A stretch of 63,972 nt of DNA, the filler included, from Malassezia furfur (Eukaryota), in assembly GCA_052055015.1 (NCBI GenBank). It is 5 parts of 5 records of this genome, joined end to end, with 100 filler letters (N's around TTAATTAATTAA, not from the genome) between each part and the next. Parts side by side here need not be neighbours in the genome. Positions count along the whole stretch, not along the records: positions 1 to 13,277 come from JBQJIT010000323.1; positions 13,378 to 26,617 come from JBQJIT010000324.1; 3 more parts are not named here. One strand, written 5' to 3'. Positions 11,315 through 22,831 of this stretch are shown piece by piece. A program made the translations under genes and the position numbers. Numbering within the stretch: the stretch's first letter is position 1; each line of letters opens with the position of its first letter. The notes below the pieces were generated by a model. That model worked only from the letters and a program-made list of their open reading frames with translations, had not been told where the DNA came from and made no database searches.

Positions 11315-12991
11315 ATGGCGTACCGCATTGACGCCGAGGCGGGTCTGCCGCCTGCTGCGCCACGCTTTGTCGCGGACGACGAGGAAGACGAGGGCGAGGA
11401 CGATTTCGAGGGGTGGAGCGAGGGCGGCCAGCCGACGCGCGCGCTGTTTGTCGCAGACACGACCGTCTACCCGTCGCCCGAGGCGGCGCTGGCGCAGGCG
11501 CAGGCCGACGGGTGCGATGTGCGTGCGCTGGTCCGCCGCCTGCGCCTGGATGCGCTGCAGGTGATCCGTCTGATCAACCATGTGCGGCGTGCGAAGCTGA
11601 CGCCCGCGGACGTCGCGCAGCTCACCGGTGAGGAGCCGTTCCTGCGCGACGACAGCGAGCTGCAGCCGGTGCCGGGCTACGAGGACGACGGCCTGCTGCA
11701 GCTCGACTTGGACGACGACGCGGACGTCGAGAGCGACCCGGCCGAGGAGCTCGCGCTGCTGCGCCAGGCGTACCAGGAGCTGCGGATGCAGTACGCCGAG
11801 CGCGTCGGTGTGAGCAGCGACGATGCGCAGGGCAAAGTGGTGCCCTCGGCGCCGACCGGTGTGGACGCGCACTACTTTGAGAGCTACGCCGGGCACGATA
11901 TCCACCAGACCATGATCGCCGACAGCGTGCGGACGCTGTCGTACGCGCAGTTCATCCTGTCGCCCGACAATGCGCACCTGCTGCGCGGCAAGACAGTGAT
12001 GGACGTGGGGTGTGGCTCGGGCATCCTGAGCCTGTTCTGCGCGCGTGCGGGCGCCAAGCAGGTGCTGGCGATCGACGCGAGCGACGTCGCGACGCGCGCC
12101 GAGGCGAACGTCGCGCAGAACGGCTTTGCGCACGTCGTGCGCGTGTTCCGCGGCAAGATCGAGGAGCTCGACACGGCGCTGCAGGCGTACGTCGGGCAGG
12201 TCGACTTCCTGGTGAGCGAGTGGATGGGCTACTTTTTGCTGTACGAGTCGATGCTGCCGTCGGTGCTGTACGCGCGCGACCGCTACCTGCGTGCGGGCGG
12301 GACACTGGCGCCGTCGCACTGTCGCATGCTGATGGCCGCCGCGACGGACGACGGGCAGGGCGTGCTGCGTGAGCGCTTCCGGTTCTGGGAGGACGTGTAC
12401 GGCTTTGCGATGCCGAGCATGACGCAGGGCCTCGTGAACGACGCCGCGACCGAGGAGGTGGAGGCGTCGGCGATCGTGAGCCATGCCGCGACCATCTGTG
12501 AGCTGCCGCTCGAGACGCTCGCCGCGCGGCAGCCCGCGTTTGTGTCGCCGTTCGCGCTGGAGTGCACGCGCGCGTGCCCCGTGTACGGCCTGGTCGCGTG
12601 GTTCGACACGTGGTTTTTGCCCACGCCGCAGGTGCCGTCCGAGGCGCTGCCGGCGTGCCGCGTCGACCCCGTGCAGCGCAGCGAGGTGCCGGCGCTGGCG
12701 CTGCGCGGCAATGCGGTGTCCGATGCGCCCGCGACGGAGCGCGGCGAGACGGTGTCGTTCACCACCTCGCCGTTCGGGCAGCAGACGCACTGGAAGCAAA
12801 CCGTGTTCCTGCTCAAGACGCCGATCGACGCGCAGGCCGGCACGCGGATCACGGGCGAGATCCGCGTGCACCCCAGCGAGGGCAACACGCGCGAGCTCGA
12901 CGTCGAGATCCACTACGACGTAGACGACCCGCCGCGCGCGAACGAGAAGCGCGTCAAGTCGCGGCTCGTGCAGCTGTACTCGGTGCGCTAG
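11315..12991 (+). CDS. RMT3: Protein arginine methyltransferase, PRMT3/Rmt3 type
   Basis: YFESY..IHQTMIADSVRT, VMDVGCGSGILS, double-E loop SEWMGYFLLYE, THWKQ loop; long PRMT3-like N-terminus. Confidence 0.9.
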   Translation: MAYRIDAEAGLPPAAPRFVADDEEDEGEDDFEGWSEGGQPTRALFVADTTVYPSPEAALAQAQADGCDVRALVRRLRLDALQVIRLINHVRRAKLTPADVAQLTGEEPFLRDDSELQPVPGYEDDGLLQLDLDDDADVESDPAEELALLRQAYQELRMQYAERVGVSSDDAQGKVVPSAPTGVDAHYFESYAGHDIHQTMIADSVRTLSYAQFILSPDNAHLLRGKTVMDVGCGSGILSLFCARAGAKQVLAIDASDVATRAEANVAQNGFAHVVRVFRGKIEELDTALQAYVGQVDFLVSEWMGYFLLYESMLPSVLYARDRYLRAGGTLAPSHCRMLMAAATDDGQGVLRERFRFWEDVYGFAMPSMTQGLVNDAATEEVEASAIVSHAATICELPLETLAARQPAFVSPFALECTRACPVYGLVAWFDTWFLPTPQVPSEALPACRVDPVQRSEVPALALRGNAVSDAPATERGETVSFTTSPFGQQTHWKQTVFLLKTPIDAQAGTRITGEIRVHPSEGNTRELDVEIHYDVDDPPRANEKRVKSRLVQLYSVR

Positions 12992-13030
12992 GTAGACAGA
13001 CCCCTACGTACATGCAACCCCAGGCGGTGC

Positions 13031-13277
13031 TCAGCCACCGAGCGACTGCAGCTCGCGGCGGATCTCGGCCTCGGTGTCGATCTTTTGCAGCTGCGTCTGC
13101 TCGAGCACCTCGCCCCGGTCGCGGCGGTCCTTGAGCTGCTCGATGGCCTTGAGCTTCTTGGTCAGGTTACGCAACCGCTTTTCGGCGGTCTGCGCCTCGG
13201 CGCTCGCGGCCGACACCTCGGCGGCGCCCATCACAGGCTTGGGCGCCGGCGCGGACGCCGCCTTGGCCGCGGGCGGC
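13031..13277 (-). CDS. C-terminal fragment of translation initiation factor eIF2A (5' partial)
   Basis: EKRLRNLTKKLKAIEQLKD..GEVLEQTQLQKIDTEAEIRREL matches the eIF2A C-terminal coiled coil (PYM-like proteins share it). Cut by linker. Confidence 0.7.
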
Positions 13278-13377
13278 NNNNNNNNNNNNNNNNNNNNNNN
13301 NNNNNNNNNNNNNNNNNNNNNTTAATTAATTAANNNNNNNNNNNNNNNNNNNNNNNNNNNNNNNNNNNNNNNNNNNN
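13278..13377. other. Artificial contig linker
   Basis: N44-TTAATTAATTAA-N44; stop codons in all six frames. Confidence 0.98.
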
Positions 13378-14041
13378 CAAAGCGCTGCTACAACACCCAG
13401 CTCTTGATTGACCAGCACGGCACCATTTGCGCCCAGTACCGCAAACTGCACCTCTACGATGTCGATATCCTCAACGGACCCTCGATCCTCGAAAGCAACA
13501 CCACGATCCCAGGCGACTCACTCGTTCCCCCTGTCGATACACCTCTGGGGCGTATTGGCGTACGTGTACCGTTCGCTTACCCAGCTCCTTACGTGCTACG
13601 ATATGCGCTTCCCTGAAGTGTCCCTCGCGCTGCGCCGTCAGGGTGCACAGCTGCTTACCTACCCCTCGGCCTTTGCACTGCGTACGGGGGCCGCCCACTG
13701 GTCCTTGCTCCTCCAGACGCGTGCCATTGAGACGCAGTGTTACGTCCTCGCTGCGGCCCAAGTTGGTACGTCCCGTACACACCCTAACCCAGGCTTGCAT
13801 CCAGGTACCACACGCTCTTCGTACGTATTTCTGCTCATACAGGTGGGGCCATGCGATGATCGTCGACCCATGGGGTACCGTTGTCGCGCAGTGCAGGTAG
13901 GCCGCCTACTTACGCAGCGATATGCCGCCCTTTGCACCGACGTTTTGCGTGGCTGACATTGATCTCGAGGGGCTGGAGCGTGTGCGCACGGATATGCCCC
14001 TCTGGAGCCAACGTCGGACCGAGATTTACCCCGAGCTGTGA
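13378..14041 (+). CDS. Nit1-type carbon-nitrogen hydrolase (deaminated glutathione amidase-like), 5' partial
   Basis: YRKLHLYDVD, LLTCYDMRFPE, RAIETQCYV, SWGHAMIVDPWG after removing introns 13560-13584, 13766-13792, 13821-13842 and 13897-13917. Confidence 0.9.
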
Positions 14042-14113
14042 TACATTAGTCCCCCTTGTAGATCCCAAGTGGTCCGAGCATTTTTGGACGTCGCGACTCC
14101 ACTTTCGTCCCCC

Positions 14114-15363
14114 ATGACCGCTGCCCCCTTGATCATCGAGTAAGCTGCGCGCATGTGCTAATCCACAGTACCGACCCTGGCGTCGACGACCTCCTCGCGA
14201 TTCTCCTCGCGCTGGGCTCGCCTGAGGTATCGCTCGAGGCCGTTACTCTCACGTTTGGCAACACGACCCTCGACTATGCGTACGACAACATGTTCCGTCT
14301 GGCCAACGCACTCCAAGTCACGGCCCAGAGCAATGCGCTGAACAACGACACACTGCACGATCGCGTGCTGAATGGTATTGATGGTCACCCAGTGCCGATC
14401 GCGATGGGCGCAACCAAGCCGTTGGGCGGGCGCCTGTTCACTGCGAGCTACTTCCATGGCCGTGATGGTATGTCGGGCGTCTCGTTCCTTCCCGATGACC
14501 CCTTCCCAAAGGCGACGCACACCAACCTGTTTGTGTCCTCGCCGACGCCCGCGGATGAGCTAATCCTCGAAGTGTTGCGCAAGCACCCGCCTAACACGGT
14601 CCGTATCGCGGCGGTTGCGCCGCTGACAAACCTGGCTTCGGCGTTCCTCAAAGACCCGGCCACTTTCCGCCGCGTTGGCTCTATCAGTATCATGGGCGGC
14701 GCGCTCGATGTGCCGGGCAATACGTCACCTACCGCCGAATTCAACTTCTTCGCCGATCCCTGGGCTGCCAAGGTGCTGCTCGAGGACGCCGTCGCGAACG
14801 GTGAACCGCCGCTGCCCGTGTACCTCTTCCCCCTGGACATCACGTCAGACCACACTGTGCCCTATTCGGAGCTGGTGCGCGATGCGGAGGATGAGCAGTT
14901 CAAGCGCAGCAACCTTTTCCAGCTGATCTCGCTCTTTTTGCGTAAGCCGCGCGCGGTGACCAACTCGTTTGCACCGCCTGAGGTGACGTTTGATGCGTCT
15001 AAGTACGATTTATTCCAGGCGCACGACCCGCTCGCCGTCGCGCACGCCATCTGCCCCGACGACCCGGGCTGGAAGTGGGAAGAGCGCCCCTTCTTGGTTG
15101 AGACGGAAGGCAAGTTGACGCGTGGGTTCTGCGTCGTGGACCGCCGTAACCACGGCGCGGCCGTCAAGGGCCGGAACAAGGCCGAGATCGAAGAGGTGCG
15201 TGGGCCCACCAACGAGCACGGCCTCGACAGCCAGCCTGAGGCCAAGAAGCAGAAGACAGGCCCCCTGATCCCCGAAGTGCCGCTGGTTAAGGTCGTGCAT
15301 CAGACACCGGGCATCCCTTGGTTCGCCAAGATGTTCCTAGAGCGTCTCGGATACCAGTCGTAG
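14114..15363 (+). CDS. Inosine/uridine-preferring nucleoside hydrolase family protein
   Basis: Removing intron 14140-14168 (29 nt) restores LIIDTDPGVDD; also HGRDG, PLTNLA, GNTSPTAEFN, HDPLAV. Confidence 0.9.
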
Positions 15364-15395
15364 CGTACTATGCATGAAGGACTAGGTGTCTACCA

Positions 15396-16004
15396 TCACA
15401 CACCAGGCGGACGGAATCCCGGCGGCGGTGGGGCAAAGCCGGGCGGCGGGCCCACAGGCATGCCCGGCGGCGGCGGCATGCCCATCGGCGGGCGGCCCAT
15501 CAACGGCGCCATGCCGAGACCAGCGCCGCGGCCCGTCGGCACACCCTGGCCGGGTCCGGGCGCCATGGGCGCCTCTTGCTTAGGCTCCGGCGGGGGCGCC
15601 TCGACGCTCAGGCTAATGATGGTCTCACCACGCAGGATTACCAATCCTAATGTGCGCTTTTGTTCCTGCGCGGGCGCAGGCACATCGTCGTCCTCGTCCT
15701 CGTCCTCGACATGGCCCTCGGCGGTGTCGCCGTGCGCGACCTTTTGTTTCTTGTTCGGCTTATTCGCCTGCTTCTTTTTCTTGGGCTTTATCCGACGGAA
15801 TTCCTCCGCTGCGCGTCAGCATCTCCCCGTGACGTACTATTCGACAGCACCAGGTTCATGAAGGTATCGAATGCCAGCAGCTGGCCCGTCATCTGCCGAC
15901 CGTCATTGAGCGTTACACGCAGACGGTAGTCGATCAGGGCCATCATACGGCCACCCTTGGCCTTGACTGGCGGCTGCTTGTCAGCGGGCTGCGCAACGTA
16001 CCAT
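15396..16004 (-). CDS. SMB1: snRNP core protein SmB
   Basis: ATG-only first exon; introns 15974-16001 and 15809-15837. Sm1 DGRQMTGQLLAFDTFMNLVL, Sm2 TLGLVILRGETI, Pro/Gly-rich tail. Confidence 0.92.
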
Positions 16005-16052
16005 GTTCTCTCCACCGTCGTAGGACGCGACGAGACGCAAACCGGGCAGCGT

Positions 16053-16070
16053 CACGTGGAAATCCACGTG
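16053..16070. promoter_or_regulatory. Double E-box inverted repeat CACGTGGA-AA-TCCACGTG in SmB/ARO8 divergent promoter
   Basis: Perfect 8-bp arms with a 2-nt spacer; a further GTCACGT follows at ~16079. Confidence 0.6.
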
Positions 16071-16143
16071 GAGGCAGAGTCACGTCCGCCAAAAATGTGG
16101 CCTAGGCGCAGTGGGGGCACATTGTGACTCCTCCTATCTGACC

Positions 16144-17597
16144 ATGCCGCTGGATTTGTCCAGTCTCCTGTCGAAATCCTCGTGTGACCTGCCGCTGTCT
16201 GCGATTCGTGGACTGCTTCCGCTGGAGAGCCGACCTGGTGTCATCTCGCTGCTCGCGGGAAAGCCAAACCCCAGCGGATTCCCTTTTGATTCTATCACGC
16301 TGCGGCTCAAGCCCACAGTTGAGGGTGGCAGAGATGCCCAGGGCAATCCAGTGGAGATCACCATCGATGGCTCGGAGCTTGAGCGTATTCTGCAGTACGG
16401 AAGTACTAACGGCGATGCGACGCTCGAAAGGGAGCTCACCAAGCTCGTCAGCCGCGTCCACCACCGCACACGCGACAACGGTGAGCCCGATGGCGCATTT
16501 GCGCTGGCTATTGGGTCAGGAAGTCAGGACTTGCTCTATAAGACGATCTCTATCTTGTTCAATCCGCAAGACACGGTGCTTGTCGAGTCGCCCGTGTATC
16601 CGTACGTGCAACGACTGACGCCAGCGGTTTCCTTCCGGAACTCGAGACGCACCGCGTCACGGCAGTAGGCATCTCCACCGACGAACAGGGTCTCTCGTCG
16701 CAGGCTCTACGCGATACACTCAAGAACTGGCACACGTCGGACGCGACCAAAGAGCTCCGGTTCCCCAAGGCGGTCTACACCGTGCCCACCGGCGCCAACC
16801 CGGCCGGCACTACGGCCTCCACCGAGCGCAAGCGCGAAATCCTGGCGACTGCGCGCGAGTATGGTTTGCTGGTGCTGGAAGACGACCCGTACTACTTCCT
16901 GACCTTTGAGGACATGTCCGAAGATGCTCTGGAGCAGAAGCGCGCTCTCAGCTATTTTGCGCTTGAGCGTGAAGATGCGGACAAGTGGGGGTATGGCTAC
17001 GTACTGCGCTTCGAGAGTTTCTCCAAGATCCTCTCGGCAGGTATGCGTGTTGGGTTTATGATGGGTCCGCCGACGCTGGTCAATGCCGTCGTGGCCCTCA
17101 CTGCTTCGTCCAACCTGCACGCGAGCGGACCGGCGCAGGCCATGGCTGGCGAGTTGATGCAGTACTGGGGGACCGACGGTTTCCTGCGGCATACCCACAA
17201 CGTCGCCCGAATGTACAAGGAGCGTCGCGATATGTTTGGTCGCCAACTTGACACCATCCTGGGGCGTGGCGAGGATGGAAAACAGGCGCCGATTGCGACG
17301 TACGTGACGCCCGTCGCCGGCATGTTTTACTGGATCAAACTGCACCTCCCGCCCACGGACGGCGCCCCCGAGGGCGATTCGTACCGTGTCATCTCGGAGA
17401 AGGCGCTCGAGTTTGGTGTTTTGGCCATGCCGGGAGGTGCCTTCTTTGTCGACAAACGCAAGACGCCGTATGTGCGCACGTCGTTCAGCCTGATCGAGCC
17501 GCAAGACGCGCACGAGGCCATCCTGCGTCTCCGTCGCGCTGCAGAGAGCGCCTGGAAGGACGCTGGATATGATGAGATCCCTGCGATGCAGACATAG
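16144..17597 (+). CDS. ARO8: PLP-dependent aromatic/2-aminoadipate aminotransferase (Aro8/KAT II-like)
   Basis: ISLLAGKPNP..FPF, LQYG, EDDPYYFL, FESFSKILSAGMRVG; 23-nt intron 16602-16624 joins the two track ORFs (VYP|GFLP). Confidence 0.88.
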
Positions 17598-17598
17598 T

Positions 17599-17866
17599 CT
17601 ACTCTTTCTTTTCTTGCGTTTCTTCGTTTTCCCGATCGACCTGGTCGAGCGCGGCCATGAACCTATGTGAGTCGATGGACGTACAAAGAGGCTTGGCCGA
17701 TCCCCAGGTCATTCATGTACGCTGCCTGCTCGCTTGCAATGGCCATGTAATGTTGGGTATGCTCGAGTGTATTCGACAGAGCAGCAATGCGCGATGCAAG
17801 GTAGGCATAGTGCCGCTCCTTGGCGCACGTCAGCGCCGTGCCTCCACTGCTCGACGCGTGCGCCAT
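17599..17866 (-). CDS. HSK3: DASH/Dam1 complex subunit Hsk3-like
   Basis: KERHYAYLASRIAALSNTL..ASEQAAYMNDLG..ASL|FMAA with 22-nt intron 17663-17684. Confidence 0.7.
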
Positions 17867-17959
17867 GGCCGTCTGTTGTCACGACGCGTCTGGTGCCGCT
17901 GACTCAGCGCGACATGGGGGCCAAAAAGTGCACGGCACGTGCACGGGCGCTCACTCCCC

Positions 17960-19279
17960 ATGCTGCACCATATCGGCCCGGAGCTCCGCAAGGGAATCCA
18001 CACCTACAAGTATTCGAGTGAGGATCACTCGCTAGTATCCAAGTACATCCTGGGACCATACTGGAATTGGCTCATTGGCTGGTTCCCGCTATGGATTGCA
18101 CCGAATACGATCACGCTGAGTGGACTTCTTCTCGTACTCGCCAATGTTGTGTCGCTTGTGTACCTGGACCCCCAAATGGACAATGTGACGGGTCTGCGCT
18201 TGCAGACCATGTCCAGGGGAACGAGTGACCTTCCCATTGTACCCATCCTGCCGCACTATGGCCTGCCCGAGTCCCTCGAGGCGAACATCCTTCCCGCGAA
18301 AAATTCCGTGATTCCTGCATGGTTGCTGGTCGTGTGGGGACTCTCTTTGTTCATGTACCAAAGCCTCGATAGCATCGATGGCAAGCAGGCGCGGCGTACT
18401 GGTATGGCGGGTCCACTTGGCGAACTCTTCGACCATGGCTGCGACGCGCTCAATACCACGCTCGAGAACGTCTTGGCCGCTGAGGCGCTCGGGTTGGGAC
18501 GTTCGTACTGGTCGCTCTTCACCATCATTGCTTCTATGGCCAACTTCTACCTGTCAACCTGGGAGGAGGTGCACACTCACTCGCTTTACTTGTCCGCCTT
18601 CAGTGGCCCAGTGGAAGGCATCCTGATGCTCTGTTCGGTCTACCTGCTGGCGGGCTTCTTCGGCGGTCCCGCGCTGTATCTGCAGGGGGTTTTGGATGCC
18701 ACGGGGCTTGCCAAGGTGGCCTATGTGCGTGAGCACTACGCATGGGCCAACTACCCAGTTACGGACCTGCTCATGGTCTTTGCCGTGGTAGGGATGGTCG
18801 CGAATGCGGTGGCTGGCTACGGCAACGTGTACAAAGCGTGTGTGCGCGAGAAGCGCTCGGTGGTAAAGCCGCTGTTCGGTCTACTTCCCTTTGTGGTGTT
18901 GACCGTGTCCAACGTCTTGTGGATGACGGGCAGCGACTCGCGCATCTTTGTGGAGGGCTCCGTGTTCCTTCCCTTCGTTTTCTACTGGGGCCTCAACTTT
19001 GCGTACCTCGTGGGCTTGTTGATCATCGCGCACGTGTGCAAGGGCCCGTTCCCGTACTGGAACTGGATGTACATCCCCAGCGTGCTTGGTGCAATCGATG
19101 CCAACCTCGCGCAGCCGGTCCTCCAGACGTCGGTGCAGGCTACGCAACGCACGGTGTATGGTGCTTTGCTGCTTTCGGTCCTCGTATACGGCTACTTCGC
19201 GTACGATGTGATCACCACCATCACGGAGGAGACTGGCCGCCCGTGCTTTACGGTTGTGCCGAAAGAGCGCAAGGAATAG
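17960..19279 (+). CDS. Choline/ethanolamine phosphotransferase (CPT1/EPT1 family)
   Basis: CDP-alcohol phosphotransferase motif DSIDGKQARRTGMAGPLGELFDHGCD; APNTITL; multiple TM helices. Confidence 0.95.
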   Translation: MLHHIGPELRKGIHTYKYSSEDHSLVSKYILGPYWNWLIGWFPLWIAPNTITLSGLLLVLANVVSLVYLDPQMDNVTGLRLQTMSRGTSDLPIVPILPHYGLPESLEANILPAKNSVIPAWLLVVWGLSLFMYQSLDSIDGKQARRTGMAGPLGELFDHGCDALNTTLENVLAAEALGLGRSYWSLFTIIASMANFYLSTWEEVHTHSLYLSAFSGPVEGILMLCSVYLLAGFFGGPALYLQGVLDATGLAKVAYVREHYAWANYPVTDLLMVFAVVGMVANAVAGYGNVYKACVREKRSVVKPLFGLLPFVVLTVSNVLWMTGSDSRIFVEGSVFLPFVFYWGLNFAYLVGLLIIAHVCKGPFPYWNWMYIPSVLGAIDANLAQPVLQTSVQATQRTVYGALLLSVLVYGYFAYDVITTITEETGRPCFTVVPKERKE

Positions 19280-19284
19280 GGTAT

Positions 19285-22200
19285 CTAGTGAGCTGAATGC
19301 AATGCGGAAATCTGCTGCTGTTTCTCGACGATCAGGAGAGCCGTGTCATGATGATAAGCATCGTCCTGGCGAGAAAGCACTCGCAGGTTGTCGCCGTGGA
19401 TTGTTTGACACAGCTTTCCCGTGAGTGGATCGCGCACTTCAATGAGCGACTCGTAGAAGGCCAGCACGTAGTTCGCGACGAAGGCCACGCGCGACGGACG
19501 ACCTTCCCAGTGGAAGACGGCATCGAGCCGAACGAGTCGCCCCATCACGTCGGTGTAGCATGCCAGACGATCGTAGCAAAGCAGAATCAGCGTGTCTGTC
19601 ACATAAAAGGCGCCAAGCGGCTTGGCACTTTCGAGGTGCCGGAGCATGCTCCAGGCCTGCGTATCGTCCCGAACTTTAATCGACGGCAGCAAGTCGAGAG
19701 ACTCTGAGTCAAGGCTGTACGTTTGGAAACCGCGGTGCGTGTACACCACGAGTGTGTGCCGCAGAAACTGAGCACCGGTCGCCTCGTAGCCAACGTAAAA
19801 CTTTTTGTACTCGCGGAAGTGGGAGAGCGTTTCGGATGGGCGGCGGCGCCAGAGCCCCATGCCGACGTCGTGGTGCCGTGCATGCGGGTCGATGGGCTCG
19901 AGGATGCGCACCGACGTCTCGCTCGTGCGCTTCTTTCCGTACACCAGCAGCTGGCGCCCGTCGACGTGTCCGACCGCAAAGAAGAGCACCTCGCGGTTGC
20001 CGCTAATCTTTTGCGGCGCAAAGCAAGTGGGTGCCGAGCGACTCGGTACCAGCGCCTCGAGGTCGTAGGCGATCAGCGCACGGTCAGCAAGTACGATAAA
20101 GTAGCCGAACCTCTCCATAACGGCGCACTGCGTCACGCCACGCAGGTGCAGCACCTTGTTGAACGGCTGTGGTTGGCCATACATGCCAATCCACACGCCT
20201 TCGCTCGTGCCGACGGCGAGCATCTTGGTCTCGTCTTGCAAGAAAAAGGACGTGGCACACGTCACGTCGACCTGCGCACCTGGCTGCGGGTGAACCTGCA
20301 GCCGGAAACACAGCGGTGTGCGCTCCAGCAGCGCGTGCGTCGCCTCCTGCTCCTGCACCCGCGCGGCGACCGAGAGAAAGTGCTGGTGCCACTCGGCGCG
20401 CTTCTGTGCAGTGGGCACATACAGTACGATGGGGTCATCGGTGGGCAGGTGCAGCGTGAATGGGAACATGTCGGTCAGGTCGCCGCGGAGCAGCCGTCGA
20501 TTCAGGTGGCCACGCGACAACGGCGGCTCTTCAAAGCCCGATGGAGCAAGGAGCGCGACGGGGATCGGCTGGGTAAGCGAAGCGACGCACCTTTTTGCTG
20601 TATACGAGTCGTACATGGCGCTCTTCCGTTTCCTGAGCGCCCTCGGCGTCCGAGGGTGGCTTGCGCTTGGCCAGCATCAAGTAGTTGTCAAAGAGCAGCG
20701 CTTCCATCTCGGTCCATTCGAATTCAAAGCCGTCCGGACGTCGGAAAACAACACCGTGGTGCAGCAGCTGACGCTGCGGGTTCCGCAAGTCGAGGTCCAC
20801 CTCGCTCTCAGTGCGCTTTGCCTCGAGACGCGCGGCGAACTCATCGACCTGTAGACGCTGTTCGGCCGCTTCGACACCCGCTTGGGCCACCTTGCATTGC
20901 TCGTCGATGATCTCGGTCGCGAGTGCCAGTTGCTCCCGGTCGCTGTTCTCGGCGTCGGAGTACTTGGCGATAGACTCCAGGTGTAGGTGGTAGCGCTGCA
21001 ATCGCGCCGGTGGGCGGAACAAAAAGTTGTCCAGAGGATGGCGATGCGCCGCTGGGTCGCGGCGGCAGTCGTCGGCGAATTTGGCCATGCGCGCATTGGT
21101 CGCGATCTCGCGCTTGAGCGTGTGCAGCGCTACAGGGTAGTGCTGCACATATGCCGTGTACGCGGGACCCCACTTCAGGGCGGCCTCGACGACGAGGTCG
21201 CCGAGCGACTCCACCATAGGGCTCTGCTCCCGCTGGCGCTCCTGTAGTCGGTCACAAAAGGCCGCGATGTGAGTAAGAAGCTCGGCGTAGTTACCGAATA
21301 CGGTTGTGATGAACTTGTCGAGCGCCATGCCCGAGAGCGGCGCCGTACGTGCCATCCCGACCCCCTTTGATTGGGCAAGCGCACGGAGTTGGTGTGCGTA
21401 CCGGTCGAGAAGCTGTAAGTCTTTCAGAAAACTTTCTTCTTTTTGGATCATCTCATGGATCGCATTCTGGCGCTCAATCTCGCGGCGTGGCAATGTCGCG
21501 ACCAGCTCGGCAGGCACCGTCTCCACCCAGGCCTGGGCAGCGGTGCTGCCCGGGTCGGCGTCGTCGGTCGCGTCGGCGACGCGCAAAGCGGCCGCATTCC
21601 ACGCCCTTCCGACACGCGGGCAGCTTGGTACGTAGCAATTGACGTGCGGCGGCGTCGACAGGCCACATGTGGGGCTATAGCAGCGCGTGAGCGGCGCCAA
21701 GACGCCGCTTGGCAGGTCCTGAACAGAGGCGCCGACACACGCGAGCGCCGCCTGGGGCCCGAGGCTGACCACATTGGGCGACTGCCGCACAAATAGCTCG
21801 CCCTCAACTGGCACGCCTTGGATCGCTGGCACGTCCAGTTTGTCGCTATTGGCGCCGTCGGAAAAGAACATGTACACTTCGTCGACGCCTGCACTCAATG
21901 CATGATCTTCCCAGTCCGCTTCGTGGATAAAGAGTTGCGTCTTGAATGAGCGTGCGATGCTCATGGCCATGTAGTGCGCATGTGCCTCGGGGATATCAAT
22001 GCCAAACTGTGCACAGGTCCGCACGTATTGCGAGATGATCTCCATGATGGCCTGCACGACCATCCGCCCTGTGAAGCTCAGTGGGTATACGACGCTGCCC
22101 TTAATGAGCGGCCGGCGCTTTAGCGTGCAGATGAGCAGCTGTGCAATTTGGGACAAGCGCGCCATGTCCACCGACGTGCCCTGCAGCACTGCCGCAGCTG

Positions 22201-22681
22201 ACACGACCTGTGCATCGGACATGCGAAGAATTTTTGTGCCAGAGCGCTTGAGTGTATACCTGGGGGGCACATCGGCACGCGCAGCGGTGCTTGACGAGGG
22301 ACTGGGCATTGCTTCAGGCATCAGAGGCTGCCTTGGCGTCTCAGAATGACGTCGGCTGCTGAGCGGTGGTCGTTCCAGACGCAGCGATGAGTAAGAAGGT
22401 GGCGAGCTTAGCGTGGGTGACGCAAGCGAGCGGGGTCCACGCGGTCCGCGGGGAGTAGGAGGGATTGGCCGTCGCTGCATGGTGTTCGCCGATGCCAACG
22501 AGGCGCTGCTTCGTTGCCGCGCCATGTGAGGCAGTGGAGCACTTGTCGGTTCCACAGCGCTGGAAGTAGACTCCCTGCGCGAGGAAGATGCGGAATACGA
22601 CTGCATCACGCCGTCGATTTCCGCCACCAGATCGTTCACGGCCAGGGCTGCATCCTCGCCGATGCCGGGGGGCCGTGCCAT
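19285..22681 (-). CDS. Rho1 guanine-nucleotide exchange factor, DH-PH-CNH (Rom2/Tus1/Rgf family)
   Basis: EIERQNAIHEMIQKEESF, FLFRPPARLQRYHLHL, LFDNYLMLAK, C-terminal CNH domain; 22-nt intron 20569-20590. Confidence 0.9.
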
Positions 22682-22831
22682 CGCCGAGGGTGGTGTTGCT
22701 TAGTCAGTGTGGGGAACGGAGCAGGTACGTAAAAATATGATTGCCGTGAATTACCCAGAGAGCAAGCTATGATACAAATGAGTGCGGATCCTCGGGGACT
22801 TTTGGGAAAACATAAACGAGGGCCCGCCCGT

